Part shown: positions 1-9,303 of the stretch, piece after piece
Numbering within the stretch: position 1 is the stretch's first letter
How the letters are laid out: each line of letters begins with the position of its first letter
Assembly (NCBI RefSeq): GCF_020103725.1
Contig: NZ_JAHXBG010000030.1
Span: forward strand, 1-36,336
Reading direction: 5' to 3'
Source: Hyalangium gracile
GTDB lineage: Bacteria; Myxococcota; Myxococcia; Myxococcales; Myxococcaceae
DNA: 36,336 nt
Program-made: the position numbers and the translations under genes
The notes under the pieces: model-generated
The model's database searches: none
What the model saw: the letters and a program-made list of their open reading frames with translations, nothing else
Told to the model about the DNA's origin: nothing

Positions 1-78
1 GAGAACCAGCTGCGCTTCGCCGTCCGTGAGGGCGGTCGCACGGTGGGTTCTGGCGTCGTGGCCGAGGTCATCGAGTAA
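1..78 (+). CDS. tuf: Elongation factor Tu, 3' end (partial, start lies outside the window)
   Basis: Frame 1 translates to [25 protein letters not shown]-stop, the conserved EF-Tu C-terminus. It sits directly upstream of rpsJ as in the conserved tuf-S10 arrangement. Confidence 0.9.
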   Translation, partial: ENQLRFAVREGGRTVGSGVVAEVIE

Positions 79-91
79 GTTCTCCCGACCG

Positions 92-127
92 CTACCCCGG
101 CGGCCAGGAGTTGGATTGCCGGGGTAG
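92..127 (+). promoter_or_regulatory. Perfect 10-bp inverted repeat (CTACCCCGGC...GCCGGGGTAG) with a 16-nt loop in the tuf-rpsJ spacer; candidate tuf terminator or S10 leader structure
   Basis: Arms at 92-101 and 118-127 read directly from the sequence. No clear U-tract follows, so the function is uncertain. Confidence 0.3.
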
Positions 128-264
128 TGTCGGAATACAGTTGCAACCAGAGGGGTGGGGTGGTACATGCCGCGCCCCTCGTCTGAAGCACGGCTCTGTG
201 ACATCCAGGGGACGTCGGTCGTAACGCCTCCACTGCTAGGGGCCGTCTAAGAGGTTTTTTCGAA

Positions 265-573
265 ATGGCGACAACGAAGATTCGCATCCGGCTGAAGGCG
301 TACGACTCGAAGCTCCTGGACCAGAGCGCCGGGGAGATTGTTGAGACGGCCAAGCGCACGGGCGCCAAGGTGGCCGGTCCGATCCCCCTTCCCACGCGCA
401 TCAACAAGTTCACGGTTCTGCGGTCGCCGCACGTGGACAAGAAGAGCCGCGAGCAGTTCGAGATCCGCACGCACAAGCGCTTGCTCGACATCCTCGAGCC
501 CACCCAGCAGACGCTGGATGCGCTGATGAAGCTGGATCTGTCGGCTGGCGTTGACGTGGAGATCAAGTCCTAG
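265..573 (+). CDS. rpsJ: 30S ribosomal protein S10
   Basis: 102-aa [17 protein letters not shown]...[12 protein letters not shown] matches the S10 family. RBS AAGAGG lies at 250-255. Confidence 0.95.
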   Translation: MATTKIRIRLKAYDSKLLDQSAGEIVETAKRTGAKVAGPIPLPTRINKFTVLRSPHVDKKSREQFEIRTHKRLLDILEPTQQTLDALMKLDLSAGVDVEIKS

Positions 574-623
574 GAAGCGGGAGAGGACTGGCGCGGTTCC
601 ACTCCGACCCCCGAGGAAATGTC

Positions 624-1247
624 ATGGCGAAGTTCAAGGTAATCAACCTCAATGGCGAGCAGGTGTCGGAGATCGAGCTCTCCGACACGGTGTTTGGCGC
701 CGAGCCGAACCCCCACCTCTTCTACGAGGTGGCGAAGATGCAGCAGATCAACCGTCGCCGCGGCACCGTGGGTGTGAAGAACACCTCGCTGGTGAGCGGC
801 GGTGGCAAGAAGCCCTGGAAGCAGAAGGGTACCGGCCGCGCCCGTCAGGGCTCCATCCGCGCTTCCCACTGGGTTGGCGGTGGTAAGGCGATGGCTCCCA
901 AGGCTCGGGACTACACCTACCGTCCTCCCCGCCAGGTTCGTCGCGGCGCGCTCCGCGCGGCGCTCAGCCTGCGCGCCAAGGAGAACGCGCTGGTCATCCT
1001 GGACGGCTTCAAGCTCGACGCCCCGAAGAGCAAGCAGGCCTTCGACGTGCTGACCAAGCGCCTGAAGCTGGAGAACGCCCTGGTCATCGACGAGAAGGGC
1101 AACATCAACCTGCACCGCAGCGTGCGCAACCTGGCTCAGTTCGATGTGCTGCCGCCCGAGGGTATCAACCTCGAGTCCGTGCTCCGCCACAAGCAGCTCG
1201 TGCTGACCTCCGCGGCCGCCAAGGCCATCCAGGAGGCCCTGTCATGA
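624..1247 (+). CDS. rplD: 50S ribosomal protein L4
   Basis: 207 aa with the L4 signature [38 protein letters not shown] at 613-618. Only 50 nt separate it from the rpsJ stop, so there is no room for rplC. Confidence 0.93.
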   Translation: MAKFKVINLNGEQVSEIELSDTVFGAEPNPHLFYEVAKMQQINRRRGTVGVKNTSLVSGGGKKPWKQKGTGRARQGSIRASHWVGGGKAMAPKARDYTYRPPRQVRRGALRAALSLRAKENALVILDGFKLDAPKSKQAFDVLTKRLKLENALVIDEKGNINLHRSVRNLAQFDVLPPEGINLESVLRHKQLVLTSAAAKAIQEALS

Positions 1248-1537
1248 AGATCCACGACGTCATCAAGGGTCCGCTCATCACCGAGAAGCTGGACCAGGCC
1301 CGCGAGAAGTTCCGCCAGTACTCCTTCATCGTCGACAAGAAGGCGACGAAGGTGGACGTGGCTCGCGCGGTCGAGAGCCTCTTCAAGGTCACCGTCGAGG
1401 GCGTTCGCACCAACATCGTCCGCGGCAAGATCAAGCGCGTGGGCAAGAGCATCGGCCAGCGCCCCAACTACAAGAAGGCCGTCGTCACCCTCAAGGAGGG
1501 CGACAAGATCGAGCTCTTCGAGGGAGGGACGGCCTAG
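1244..1537 (+). CDS. rplW: 50S ribosomal protein L23
   Basis: 97 aa [15 protein letters not shown]...; the ATGA overlap with the rplD stop indicates translational coupling. Confidence 0.93.
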   Translation: MKIHDVIKGPLITEKLDQAREKFRQYSFIVDKKATKVDVARAVESLFKVTVEGVRTNIVRGKIKRVGKSIGQRPNYKKAVVTLKEGDKIELFEGGTA

Positions 1538-1569
1538 GCGCACCGCGCTGACCGTCTGAGGAAACCACC

Positions 1570-2415
1570 ATGGGCATCAAGAAGTACAAGCCGACCTCCG
1601 CTGCTCGCCGCCTGATGACGGTGTCCGACTTCGCGGACATCACCAAGGACACGCCGGAGAAGAGCCTCACCGAGCCGCTCAAGCGCTCCGGTGGCCGCAA
1701 CGTCCACGGCCACATCACCCGCCGTCACCAGGGTGGCGGTCACAAGCGCCGCTACCGCGTCATCGACTTCAAGCGTCGTGACAAGGACGGCGTGCCGGCC
1801 AAGGTCGCCTCCGTGGAGTACGACCCGAACCGCACCGCCAACATCGCGCTGCTGCACTACGCGGACGGCGAGAAGCGCTACATCCTGGCCCCGGTGGGCC
1901 TGGCGGTGGGCGACACGCTGTTCGCCGGCCCCAACGCGGACATCCGGCCGGGCAACTGCCTGCCGCTGCTGAACATCCCGGTGGGTACGGTCATCCACAA
2001 CGTGGAGCTGAAGCCGGGCCGCGGCGCGCAGATCATCCGCTCGGCCGGCACCTCCGGTCAGCTGATGGCCAAGGAGGACCGCTACGCCCAGGTCCGCCTG
2101 CCCTCGGGCGCGGTGCGCAAGGTGCTCATCGAGTGCCGCGCCACCGTCGGCCAGCTCGGCAACATCGAGCATGAGATCATCCGCGTCGGCAAGGCGGGTA
2201 AGAGCCGCTGGCTGGGCATCCGGCCCACCGTCCGCGGTCTGGCGATGAACCCGGTCGACCACCCGCACGGTGGCGGTGAGGGTAAGTCCGGCCAGGGTAA
2301 CCCGCACCCGGTGTCGCCGTGGGGCAAGAAGACCAAGGGCCTCACCACGCGCACCAACAAGCGGACCGACAAGTTCATCGTGAGCAAGCGGCGGCAGGGC
2401 CCGCGCAGCCAGTAG
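1570..2415 (+). CDS. rplB: 50S ribosomal protein L2
   Basis: 281 aa [14 protein letters not shown]...HPHGGGEGK... carries L2 family hallmarks. RBS GAGGAA upstream. Confidence 0.95.
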   Translation: MGIKKYKPTSAARRLMTVSDFADITKDTPEKSLTEPLKRSGGRNVHGHITRRHQGGGHKRRYRVIDFKRRDKDGVPAKVASVEYDPNRTANIALLHYADGEKRYILAPVGLAVGDTLFAGPNADIRPGNCLPLLNIPVGTVIHNVELKPGRGAQIIRSAGTSGQLMAKEDRYAQVRLPSGAVRKVLIECRATVGQLGNIEHEIIRVGKAGKSRWLGIRPTVRGLAMNPVDHPHGGGEGKSGQGNPHPVSPWGKKTKGLTTRTNKRTDKFIVSKRRQGPRSQ

Positions 2416-2434
2416 CTCGTAAAGGGATTCTGAA

Positions 2435-2722
2435 ATGGCTCGTTCGATCAAGAAGGGACCGTTCGTCGACGATCATCTCCTCAAGAAGGTGGAGGACATG
2501 ATCAAGACGAACCAGAAGAAGGTCGTGAAGACGTGGTCGCGGCGCTCCACCATCCTGCCGGAGTTCGTCGGGCACACCTTCGCGGTTCACAACGGGAAGA
2601 AGTTCATCCCGGTGTTCGTGACGGAGAACATGGTGGGTCACAAGCTCGGCGAGTTCGCGCCGACTCGGACCTTCGGCGGGCACTCGGCGGAGAAGAAGGT
2701 CGCCAAGGCCCCCGGTAAGTAA
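2435..2722 (+). CDS. rpsS: 30S ribosomal protein S19
   Basis: 95 aa [19 protein letters not shown]...[29 protein letters not shown] matches S19. Confidence 0.95.
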   Translation: MARSIKKGPFVDDHLLKKVEDMIKTNQKKVVKTWSRRSTILPEFVGHTFAVHNGKKFIPVFVTENMVGHKLGEFAPTRTFGGHSAEKKVAKAPGK

Positions 2723-2746
2723 TCCGGACCGCTCTAGGAGATGACG

Positions 2747-3091
2747 ATGGAGTCCACTGCACATCTGCGCTACGTCCGCATGTCCCCCCGGAAGCTCTCG
2801 ACGGTGGCTGCGCTCGTCCGGGGCAAGCCTGTCGAGGCTGCCCTCAACATCCTGAAGTTCACCCCCCGCGCCGCGGCGGCTCCGCTCGGCAAGCTCATCA
2901 AGAGCGCCGTGGCCAACGCCACCGACAAGTCCAAGGGCCAGGTCGACGTGGACACGCTCTACGTGAAGACCATCTCCGTGGACCAGGCTCCCACCCAGCG
3001 CCGGTACATGCCGCGCGCCATGGGCCGGGCCACGCGCATCAACAAGAAGAGCGCCCACGTTCACGTGGTGCTCGCCGAGGCCAAGAAGTAG
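2747..3091 (+). CDS. rplV: 50S ribosomal protein L22
   Basis: L22-like [17 protein letters not shown]...RGK...ILKF. I place the start at ATG 2747, which has RBS AGGAG 6 nt upstream. The ORF-track ATG at 2741 has no spacer after that RBS. Confidence 0.9.
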   Translation: MESTAHLRYVRMSPRKLSTVAALVRGKPVEAALNILKFTPRAAAAPLGKLIKSAVANATDKSKGQVDVDTLYVKTISVDQAPTQRRYMPRAMGRATRINKKSAHVHVVLAEAKK

Positions 3092-3125
3092 CCCTCCGGG
3101 CCTTCAATCTTTAAGGAGAAGCACG

Positions 3126-3788
<663 letters not shown>

Positions 3789-3844
3789 CTCTGAGCTCCC
3801 CGGGGCGCCCACGGGTGCCCCTTCGGGGATGAAGGACACCGACG

Positions 3845-4264
3845 ATGCTTCAGCCTGCTCGTACCAAGTTCCGCAAGATGCACAAGGGCCGCACCCCGGG
3901 TAAGGCCCACCGTGGCAGCAACCTCACCTATGGTGAGTACGGCCTCATGTCCCTGCAGCCGGGGTGGATCACCTCGCGGCAGATCGAGGCGGCCCGTATC
4001 GCGATGACCCGCCACGTGAAGCGCGGCGGCAAGATCTGGATCCGGATCTTCCCGGACAAGCCCATCACGAAGAAGCCCGCCGAGACCCGTATGGGTACCG
4101 GTAAGGGAGGCGTGGAGTACTACGTGGCCGTGGTGAAGCCGGGCCGCATCCTCTACGAGATGGAGGGCATGACGGCCGACGTGGCCACCAGCGCGCTCAA
4201 GCTCGCGCAGGCGAAGTTGCCTGTGCTCACCAAGATCGTGACCCGCGGCGCGCTGTCACTCTAG
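3845..4264 (+). CDS. rplP: 50S ribosomal protein L16
   Basis: 139 aa [16 protein letters not shown]... matches L16. Confidence 0.95.
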   Translation: MLQPARTKFRKMHKGRTPGKAHRGSNLTYGEYGLMSLQPGWITSRQIEAARIAMTRHVKRGGKIWIRIFPDKPITKKPAETRMGTGKGGVEYYVAVVKPGRILYEMEGMTADVATSALKLAQAKLPVLTKIVTRGALSL

Positions 4265-4286
4265 CCCCGCGCCCAGGAGACCGAAG

Positions 4287-4499
4287 ATGGCGACTGCCAA
4301 GGAACTGAAGGAGTTGTCGGTGGAGGACCTGCAGCGGCGCGCGGATGAGCTGCGCACCACGCTGTTCCAGGACCAGCTGAGCATGCGGACGGGCAATCTG
4401 GACAGCCCCTCGCAGCGCACCCAGCACCGCCGCGACCTGGCCCGCGTTCTCACCGTGCTGACGGAGAAGAAGAAGGCTCCGCAGAAGACGGACAAGTAG
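4287..4499 (+). CDS. rpmC: 50S ribosomal protein L29
   Basis: 70 aa MATAKELKELSVEDLQRRADELRTTLFQ... matches L29. RBS AGGAGA at 4275-4280. Confidence 0.93.
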   Translation: MATAKELKELSVEDLQRRADELRTTLFQDQLSMRTGNLDSPSQRTQHRRDLARVLTVLTEKKKAPQKTDK

Positions 4500-4574
4500 C
4501 TTTCAAGGGCATGCCCCCAGGGGCTGCCGTCACCGGGAAGTCCCGGGGACACTGACTGACAGGCGAGATTCACG

Positions 4575-4892
4575 ATGGCTGAAGAGACCCAGACCACCTC
4601 CGCTCCCGAGACCTCCTCCCGCGGCCGTCCCAAGACGCGCGTGGGGATCGTCACCTCGAACAAGATGCAGAAGACGGTGATCGTCACCGTCCAGCGCCGC
4701 GCGCCGCACGCCAAGTACGGCAAGATCATGAGCATGCGCGAGAAGTACAAGGCGCACGTCGAGGACCACGACTACCCGAAGAAGATCACCATCAACGAGG
4801 GTGACCGCGTGCGCATCGCCGAGACGCGGCCGACCTCGAAGGACAAGCGGTGGCGGGTGGTCGAGGTGATCGAGAAGAGCAAGAACGTCTGA
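4575..4892 (+). CDS. rpsQ: 30S ribosomal protein S17
   Basis: 105 aa with an S17 OB-fold core ([16 protein letters not shown]...); a short acidic N-terminal extension precedes it. Confidence 0.93.
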   Translation: MAEETQTTSAPETSSRGRPKTRVGIVTSNKMQKTVIVTVQRRAPHAKYGKIMSMREKYKAHVEDHDYPKKITINEGDRVRIAETRPTSKDKRWRVVEVIEKSKNV

Positions 4893-4993
4893 GCCACGTG
4901 AGCCCGCCGCCACCTGGCGCGGGCGGCTCGAGCCGCGCGGCTCCGCCCTCGCCGGGCCGGGGCCGCTCGTAGGACCTTAGAGGAGACTTCCAG

Positions 4994-5362
4994 ATGATTC
5001 AGATGACGAGCGTGCTCGACGTGGCCGACAACTCGGGCGCCAAGAAGGTGTTCTGCATCAAGGTGCTCGGCGGCTCGAAGCGCAAGTACGCGTCGATCGG
5101 CGACGTGATCGTCGTGTCGATCCGCGAGGCGCTGCCGAACTCGAAGGTGAAGAAGGGTGACGTGGCCAAGGCCGTCATCGTTCGCACCAAGGCCGAGGTG
5201 GGTCGGCCCGACGGCAGCTACATCAAGTTCGATGGCAACTCGGCGGTCCTCATCAACAAGGACCTGGAGCCCATCGGCACGCGCATCTTCGGGCCGGTCG
5301 CCCGTGAGCTCCGCGCCCGCAAGTTCATGAAGATCATCTCGCTCGCGCCCGAGGTTCTGTAG
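4994..5362 (+). CDS. rplN: 50S ribosomal protein L14
   Basis: 122 aa [19 protein letters not shown]... matches L14. Confidence 0.95.
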   Translation: MIQMTSVLDVADNSGAKKVFCIKVLGGSKRKYASIGDVIVVSIREALPNSKVKKGDVAKAVIVRTKAEVGRPDGSYIKFDGNSAVLINKDLEPIGTRIFGPVARELRARKFMKIISLAPEVL

Positions 5363-5397
5363 TCCCGGCCAGCAGGCGAGCAGTCAGAGAGGAAGCC

Positions 5398-5727
5398 ATG
5401 CAGAAGCTGAAGGTTGGAGACACCGTGCAGGTCATCTCGGGCGCCGAGCGCTCGGAGAAGACCCCGGCGAGCAAGCGCGGCAAGGTGCTGAAGATCGACC
5501 GCGAGGCGGGGCGTGTCACGGTGGAGGGGCTGCGGATGGTCAAGCGCCACCTCCGCAAGACGGCCCAGAGCCCCGAGGGCGGCATCGTCGAGAAGGCGGG
5601 CACCATCGCCCTGTCGGACATCCAGGTGGTCTGCGCCAAGTGCGACAAGCCGACCCGGGTGGGCATCCGCGCCGAGGGCGACAGCAAGAAGCGGTTCTGC
5701 AAGAACTGCGACGCCCTGATTGACTAG
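5398..5727 (+). CDS. rplX: 50S ribosomal protein L24, zinc-ribbon (C+) form
   Basis: 109 aa with a KOW motif near the N-terminus. The C-terminal beta-hairpin region carries CAKC...(16 aa)...CKNC. These Cys positions align to non-Cys residues of E. coli L24 and resemble the Cys-containing L24 of Thermus. Confidence 0.92.
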   Translation: MQKLKVGDTVQVISGAERSEKTPASKRGKVLKIDREAGRVTVEGLRMVKRHLRKTAQSPEGGIVEKAGTIALSDIQVVCAKCDKPTRVGIRAEGDSKKRFCKNCDALID

Positions 5728-5798
5728 GGGTTTGGGTTGGGGCATGTATGCGCGCCCTTTGGCCACCCGGGGCCAGGGGCGAGCAGGCATGCGTACAC

Positions 5799-5835
5799 GA
5801 GGGCCCGAAGCACTGGGGCCCTCTCGGTGTTTCTG
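5799..5835 (+). promoter_or_regulatory. GC stem-loop (GAGGGCCC / GGGCCCTC, 9-nt loop) followed by a GTGTTTCT tract inside the 174-nt rplX-rplE spacer; candidate attenuator or S8 translational operator
   Basis: The inverted repeat at 5799-5806 and 5816-5823 is read directly from the sequence. Its position upstream of rplE matches where S8 feedback acts on the spc operon in E. coli. Regulation here is inferred, not shown. Confidence 0.3.
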
Positions 5836-5901
5836 AGATTCCGGATGAACTGATCGGGGCCGCTGGGTCCATGACGGCGCTCCGAAGCAGAGGACAGGAC
5901 A

Positions 5902-6567
5902 ATGGCTGACGAGAAGAAGCCTGAGCAGGCTGAGAAGAAGGAAAAGAAGGAAAAGAAGGGCCGCAAGAAGGAAGACGTCAAGAAGGCGGGCTTCGCGGCC
6001 AACATCGAGGAGGGCCTCGAGGCGAAGCCGGCGCGGCTGAAGCTGCGCTACCGCAAGGAGGGAGTGCCCGCCCTGATGAAGGAGCTGGGCCTGAAGAACC
6101 CCTTCCAGGTGCCGCGGCTCGAGAAGATCGTCGTCAACATGGGTCTGGGAGAGGCGCTCTCCAACAACAAGATCCTGGAGTCGGCGGTGGACCAGCTGGG
6201 CGCCATCACCGGTCAGAAGCCGGTCGTGACGCGCGCTCGCAAGTCGATCGCGAACTTCAAGCTGCGCCAGGGCCAGGCCATCGGCTGCGCCGTCACGCTG
6301 CGCGGCGACCGGATGTACGAGTTCCTGGACCGCCTCATCTCCGTGGCGCTGCCGCGCGTGCGTGACTTCAAGGGCGTGTCCCCCAAGGCGTTCGACGGGA
6401 AGGGCAACTACACGCTCGGCGTGCGCGAGCAGATCATCTTCCCTGAGATCAACTACGACCAGATCGAGAAGGTGAAGGGGCTCAACATCAGCTTCGTCAC
6501 CACCGCGAAGAACGACGAGCAGGGGCTGGCGCTGATGCGTCACTTCGGCATGCCGTTCCGCCAGTAA
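5902..6567 (+). CDS. rplE: 50S ribosomal protein L5 with a roughly 43-aa Lys/Glu-rich N-terminal extension
   Basis: 221 aa. From [42 protein letters not shown] onward it aligns to L5. The N-terminal [28 protein letters not shown] has no counterpart in E. coli L5. Confidence 0.88.
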   Translation: MADEKKPEQAEKKEKKEKKGRKKEDVKKAGFAANIEEGLEAKPARLKLRYRKEGVPALMKELGLKNPFQVPRLEKIVVNMGLGEALSNNKILESAVDQLGAITGQKPVVTRARKSIANFKLRQGQAIGCAVTLRGDRMYEFLDRLISVALPRVRDFKGVSPKAFDGKGNYTLGVREQIIFPEINYDQIEKVKGLNISFVTTAKNDEQGLALMRHFGMPFRQ

Positions 6568-6588
6568 CTCCCGAGGAATCCAAGCTCC

Positions 6589-6774
6589 ATGGCCAAGCTC
6601 TCCAAGATCGCCCAGGCGAAGCGCAAGCCGAAGTTCTCCGTGCGCAAGTACAACCGCTGCCCGCTGTGTGGCCGGCCGCGCGCCTTCCTGCGCAAGTTCC
6701 AGATGTGCCGCATCTGCCTGCGCCTGCGCGCGCTGCGCGGTGAGATCACCGGCGTGACCAAGTCGTCCTGGTAG
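6589..6774 (+). CDS. rpsN: 30S ribosomal protein S14, type Z (zinc-binding, 61 aa)
   Basis: 61 aa with [20 protein letters not shown] (CxxC...CxxC), the short Zn-ribbon S14 form. Confidence 0.93.
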   Translation: MAKLSKIAQAKRKPKFSVRKYNRCPLCGRPRAFLRKFQMCRICLRLRALRGEITGVTKSSW

Positions 6775-6945
6775 TCGCCGGAAGAGGGTGCCCGGGGCCG
6801 CTGTTGCCCGGGGCATCCTGGCGCCACGCCGGCGCCGAAGCCTCAGAGTCGTGCGATCGCGGCGAACCCCCGGGATGGGCCCGGCAGGCGCGGCGGTCGA
6901 GTTCGCGGAGGGCCGAGGTGCCCTCCGCACGGAAGGTTGTTCCCC

Positions 6946-7347
6946 ATGAAGCCGGTCAATGATCCCGTCGGCGATATGCTGACCCGCCTGCGCAACGCTT
7001 CGCGTGCGCGGCACGACAAGGTCGTCATTCCCCACTCGAAGCTCAAGGTCGAGATCGCTCGCGTCCTCAAGGACGAGGGCTACATCGGGGACTACACCGT
7101 CCACGAGCGCAAGCCGCAGAGCGAGATCACCGTCCAGCTGAAGTACGGGCCTGACCGCGCCGGCGCCATCACCGGCATCAAGCGCGTCTCCAAGCCGGGC
7201 CTGCGCCGCTACGTCCCCATGCGCGAGATTCCCCGCGTGCTCGGTGGCCTGGGCATCGCCGTGCTCTCCACGTCCAAGGGCATCATGTCGGACGGCGAGG
7301 CGCGCAAGCAGAACATCGGCGGCGAGCTGCTCTGCACCGTCTACTAG
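6946..7347 (+). CDS. rpsH: 30S ribosomal protein S8
   Basis: [18 protein letters not shown]... is a typical S8 N-terminus. I use ATG 6946 with RBS GGAAGG at 6931-6936 rather than the upstream TTG at 6937. Confidence 0.92.
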   Translation: MKPVNDPVGDMLTRLRNASRARHDKVVIPHSKLKVEIARVLKDEGYIGDYTVHERKPQSEITVQLKYGPDRAGAITGIKRVSKPGLRRYVPMREIPRVLGGLGIAVLSTSKGIMSDGEARKQNIGGELLCTVY

Positions 7348-7408
7348 CCAGTGGCCTGGCGCCGCGACCCGAGAGGGGCGCGAGCCGGGCCGACCTTACG
7401 AGGCCATC

Positions 7409-7975
7409 ATGAGTCGCATTGGAAAACTGCCGATCAAGTTGGGCGAGAAGTCGAAGGCGACCGTCGCCGGCACGAAGATCAACTTCGAGGGCCCCAAGGG
7501 CAAGCTGTCCGTGAACCTCCCCGCCAAGGTGAAGGTGGAGGTGAAGGACGGCAATGTGGTGGTGACGCGCGTGGATGACTCGCGCGAGGCCAGGAGCCTG
7601 CACGGCCTGGCGCGCACCATCCTGGCCAACGCCGCTCAGGGCGTGAGCAAGGGCTTCGAGCGCAAGCTGAGCATCCGCGGCGTCGGTTTCCGCGCCGAGG
7701 TGAAGGGCAAGACGATCCAGTTCGCGCTGGGCTTCTCGCACCCGGTGGTGTTCAACCTGCCGGAGGGCGTGACGGCCGAGGTGGACAAGACGCCTCGCAC
7801 CGAGGAGAGCCTGCCCACGCTGGACCTGACGCTGCGCTCGGCGGACAAGGAGGCCCTGGGGGCCGCCGCCGTGAAGATCCGCGCGCTGCGCCCGCCCGAG
7901 CCGTACAAGGGCAAGGGCATCAAGTACGCGGAGGAGAAGGTTCGTCGTAAGGAGGGCAAGACCGGTACGACCTAG
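7409..7975 (+). CDS. rplF: 50S ribosomal protein L6
   Basis: 188 aa MSRIGKLPIKLGEKSKATVAG... matches L6. The longer ORF from 7244 is an unlikely N-terminal extension that overlaps the end of rpsH. Confidence 0.92.
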   Translation: MSRIGKLPIKLGEKSKATVAGTKINFEGPKGKLSVNLPAKVKVEVKDGNVVVTRVDDSREARSLHGLARTILANAAQGVSKGFERKLSIRGVGFRAEVKGKTIQFALGFSHPVVFNLPEGVTAEVDKTPRTEESLPTLDLTLRSADKEALGAAAVKIRALRPPEPYKGKGIKYAEEKVRRKEGKTGTT

Positions 7976-8083
7976 TCGTCGTCCGTGCCCTGAACGTTCA
8001 TCAACCCGGCGAGCGCCTCTGGGGGCTCGCCATCATCCGGAGGCGGAAGGCCTCATCGCCGCCGGAAGGAAAAGGAATCAGCC

Positions 8084-8437
8084 ATGCCGACTGTCGATCC
8101 GCGCATCAAGAGGAAGAACCGCATCCGCAAGAAGCTCTCGGGGACCACCGAGCGCCCTCGGCTCACGGTGTACAAGAGCCTCAAGCACATCTACGCCCAG
8201 GTGGTGGATGACTCCTCGGGCAAGACGCTCGCCTTCGCCTCCTCGCTCTCCAAGGAGCTCAAGGGGCAGGACGAGGGTGACAAGAAGGCGGATGCCAAGC
8301 GCGTGGGCAAGCTCATCGCCGAGAAGTGCAAGGCGGCCAACGTCGAGGCGGTGGTGTTCGACCGCAATGGTTTCCCGTACCAGGGGCGCATCGCCGCCGT
8401 GGCTGACGCCGCGCGCGAGGCCGGGCTGAAGTTCTAA
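8084..8437 (+). CDS. rplR: 50S ribosomal protein L18
   Basis: 117 aa ...[18 protein letters not shown]...[26 protein letters not shown] matches L18. Confidence 0.95.
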   Translation: MPTVDPRIKRKNRIRKKLSGTTERPRLTVYKSLKHIYAQVVDDSSGKTLAFASSLSKELKGQDEGDKKADAKRVGKLIAEKCKAANVEAVVFDRNGFPYQGRIAAVADAAREAGLKF

Positions 8438-8461
8438 GAAATCCGAAAGGAAGCACTCCAA

Positions 8462-8983
8462 GTGGCAACTCCGATCAATCCGAACGACCTGGACCTCACC
8501 GACCGCGTGGTGAACATCAACCGCGTGGCCAAGGTGGTGAAGGGTGGCCGCCGGTTCTCGTTCGCCGCCCTCGTGGTGGTGGGTGACGGCAACGGTCACG
8601 TGGGCGTGGGCCTGGGCAAGGCCAACGAGGTTCCCGAGGCCATCCGCAAGGGTGGCGAGAACGCCAAGAAGAACCTGTTCCGCGTGCCGCTGATGGGGCA
8701 CACGATTCCGCACGAGAGCCTGGGCCACTTCGGCGCCGGGTGGGTGCTGCTCAAGCCGGCCAGCGAGGGTACGGGCGTCATCGCCGGTGGCGCGGTGCGC
8801 GCGGTCCTCGAGGCGGCGGGCATCCGCAACATCCTGACCAAGAGCCAGGGCTCGCGCAACCCACACAACGTGCTGAAGGCCACGGTGGCGGGGCTGAAGA
8901 AGCTGCGCTCGGCCGAGCAGGTCTCCCGGCTGCGCGGCAAGGACGTGGAGGCCACGAAGCTGGCCGGTGAGGCGAGGACCTAG
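8462..8983 (+). CDS. rpsE: 30S ribosomal protein S5
   Basis: 173 aa with dsRBD and S5-C domains ([38 protein letters not shown]). GTG start with RBS GAAAGGAAG upstream. Confidence 0.93.
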   Translation: MATPINPNDLDLTDRVVNINRVAKVVKGGRRFSFAALVVVGDGNGHVGVGLGKANEVPEAIRKGGENAKKNLFRVPLMGHTIPHESLGHFGAGWVLLKPASEGTGVIAGGAVRAVLEAAGIRNILTKSQGSRNPHNVLKATVAGLKKLRSAEQVSRLRGKDVEATKLAGEART

Positions 8984-8985
8984 TC

Positions 8986-9246
8986 ATGGCGCTCAAGGTG
9001 AAGCTGGTGAAGAGCTCCGCTGGCTCTTCCAAGGAGATGCTGGACACCATCCGTGGGCTCGGCCTGAAGAAGTTCGGGGACGAGCGGCTGCTGAAGGACA
9101 CTCCGTCCAACCGCGGCCTGGTGTTCAAGGTGAAGCACCTGGTCTCCAGCGAGACGGTGAGCCAGGAGGCTCCGGCGCCCAAGCGTCGCAAGCCGCGCAA
9201 GATCGTCGTCCGTGACCGGGCGCGCGCCCAGGCGGCCAAGAGCTAG
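8986..9246 (+). CDS. rpmD: 50S ribosomal protein L30 with a basic C-terminal extension
   Basis: 86 aa. The first 60 aa or so match L30 (MALKVKLVKSSAGSSKEMLDTIRGLGLKKFG...). The tail APAPKRRKPRKIVVRDRARAQAAKS is extra. Confidence 0.9.
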   Translation: MALKVKLVKSSAGSSKEMLDTIRGLGLKKFGDERLLKDTPSNRGLVFKVKHLVSSETVSQEAPAPKRRKPRKIVVRDRARAQAAKS

Positions 9247-9303
9247 CACGGACTGATTCCGCGGGGCCCTGGAAGCGGGGCCGCCGCGCTCGAGGATTTC
9301 AAG

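Noticed and set aside
4893-4993. GC-rich imperfect hairpins in the rpsQ-rplN spacer (the S10/spc operon boundary in E. coli)
   Set aside because: The stems are bulged and imperfect and no T-tract follows. This is indistinguishable from chance structure at this GC content.
5218-7104. 628-aa ORF on the minus strand
   Set aside because: It lies antisense to rplN, rplX, rplE, rpsN and rpsH, which all have unmistakable homology. It is Arg/Gly/Leu-rich with no motifs. This is a typical long antisense ORF produced by high GC content.
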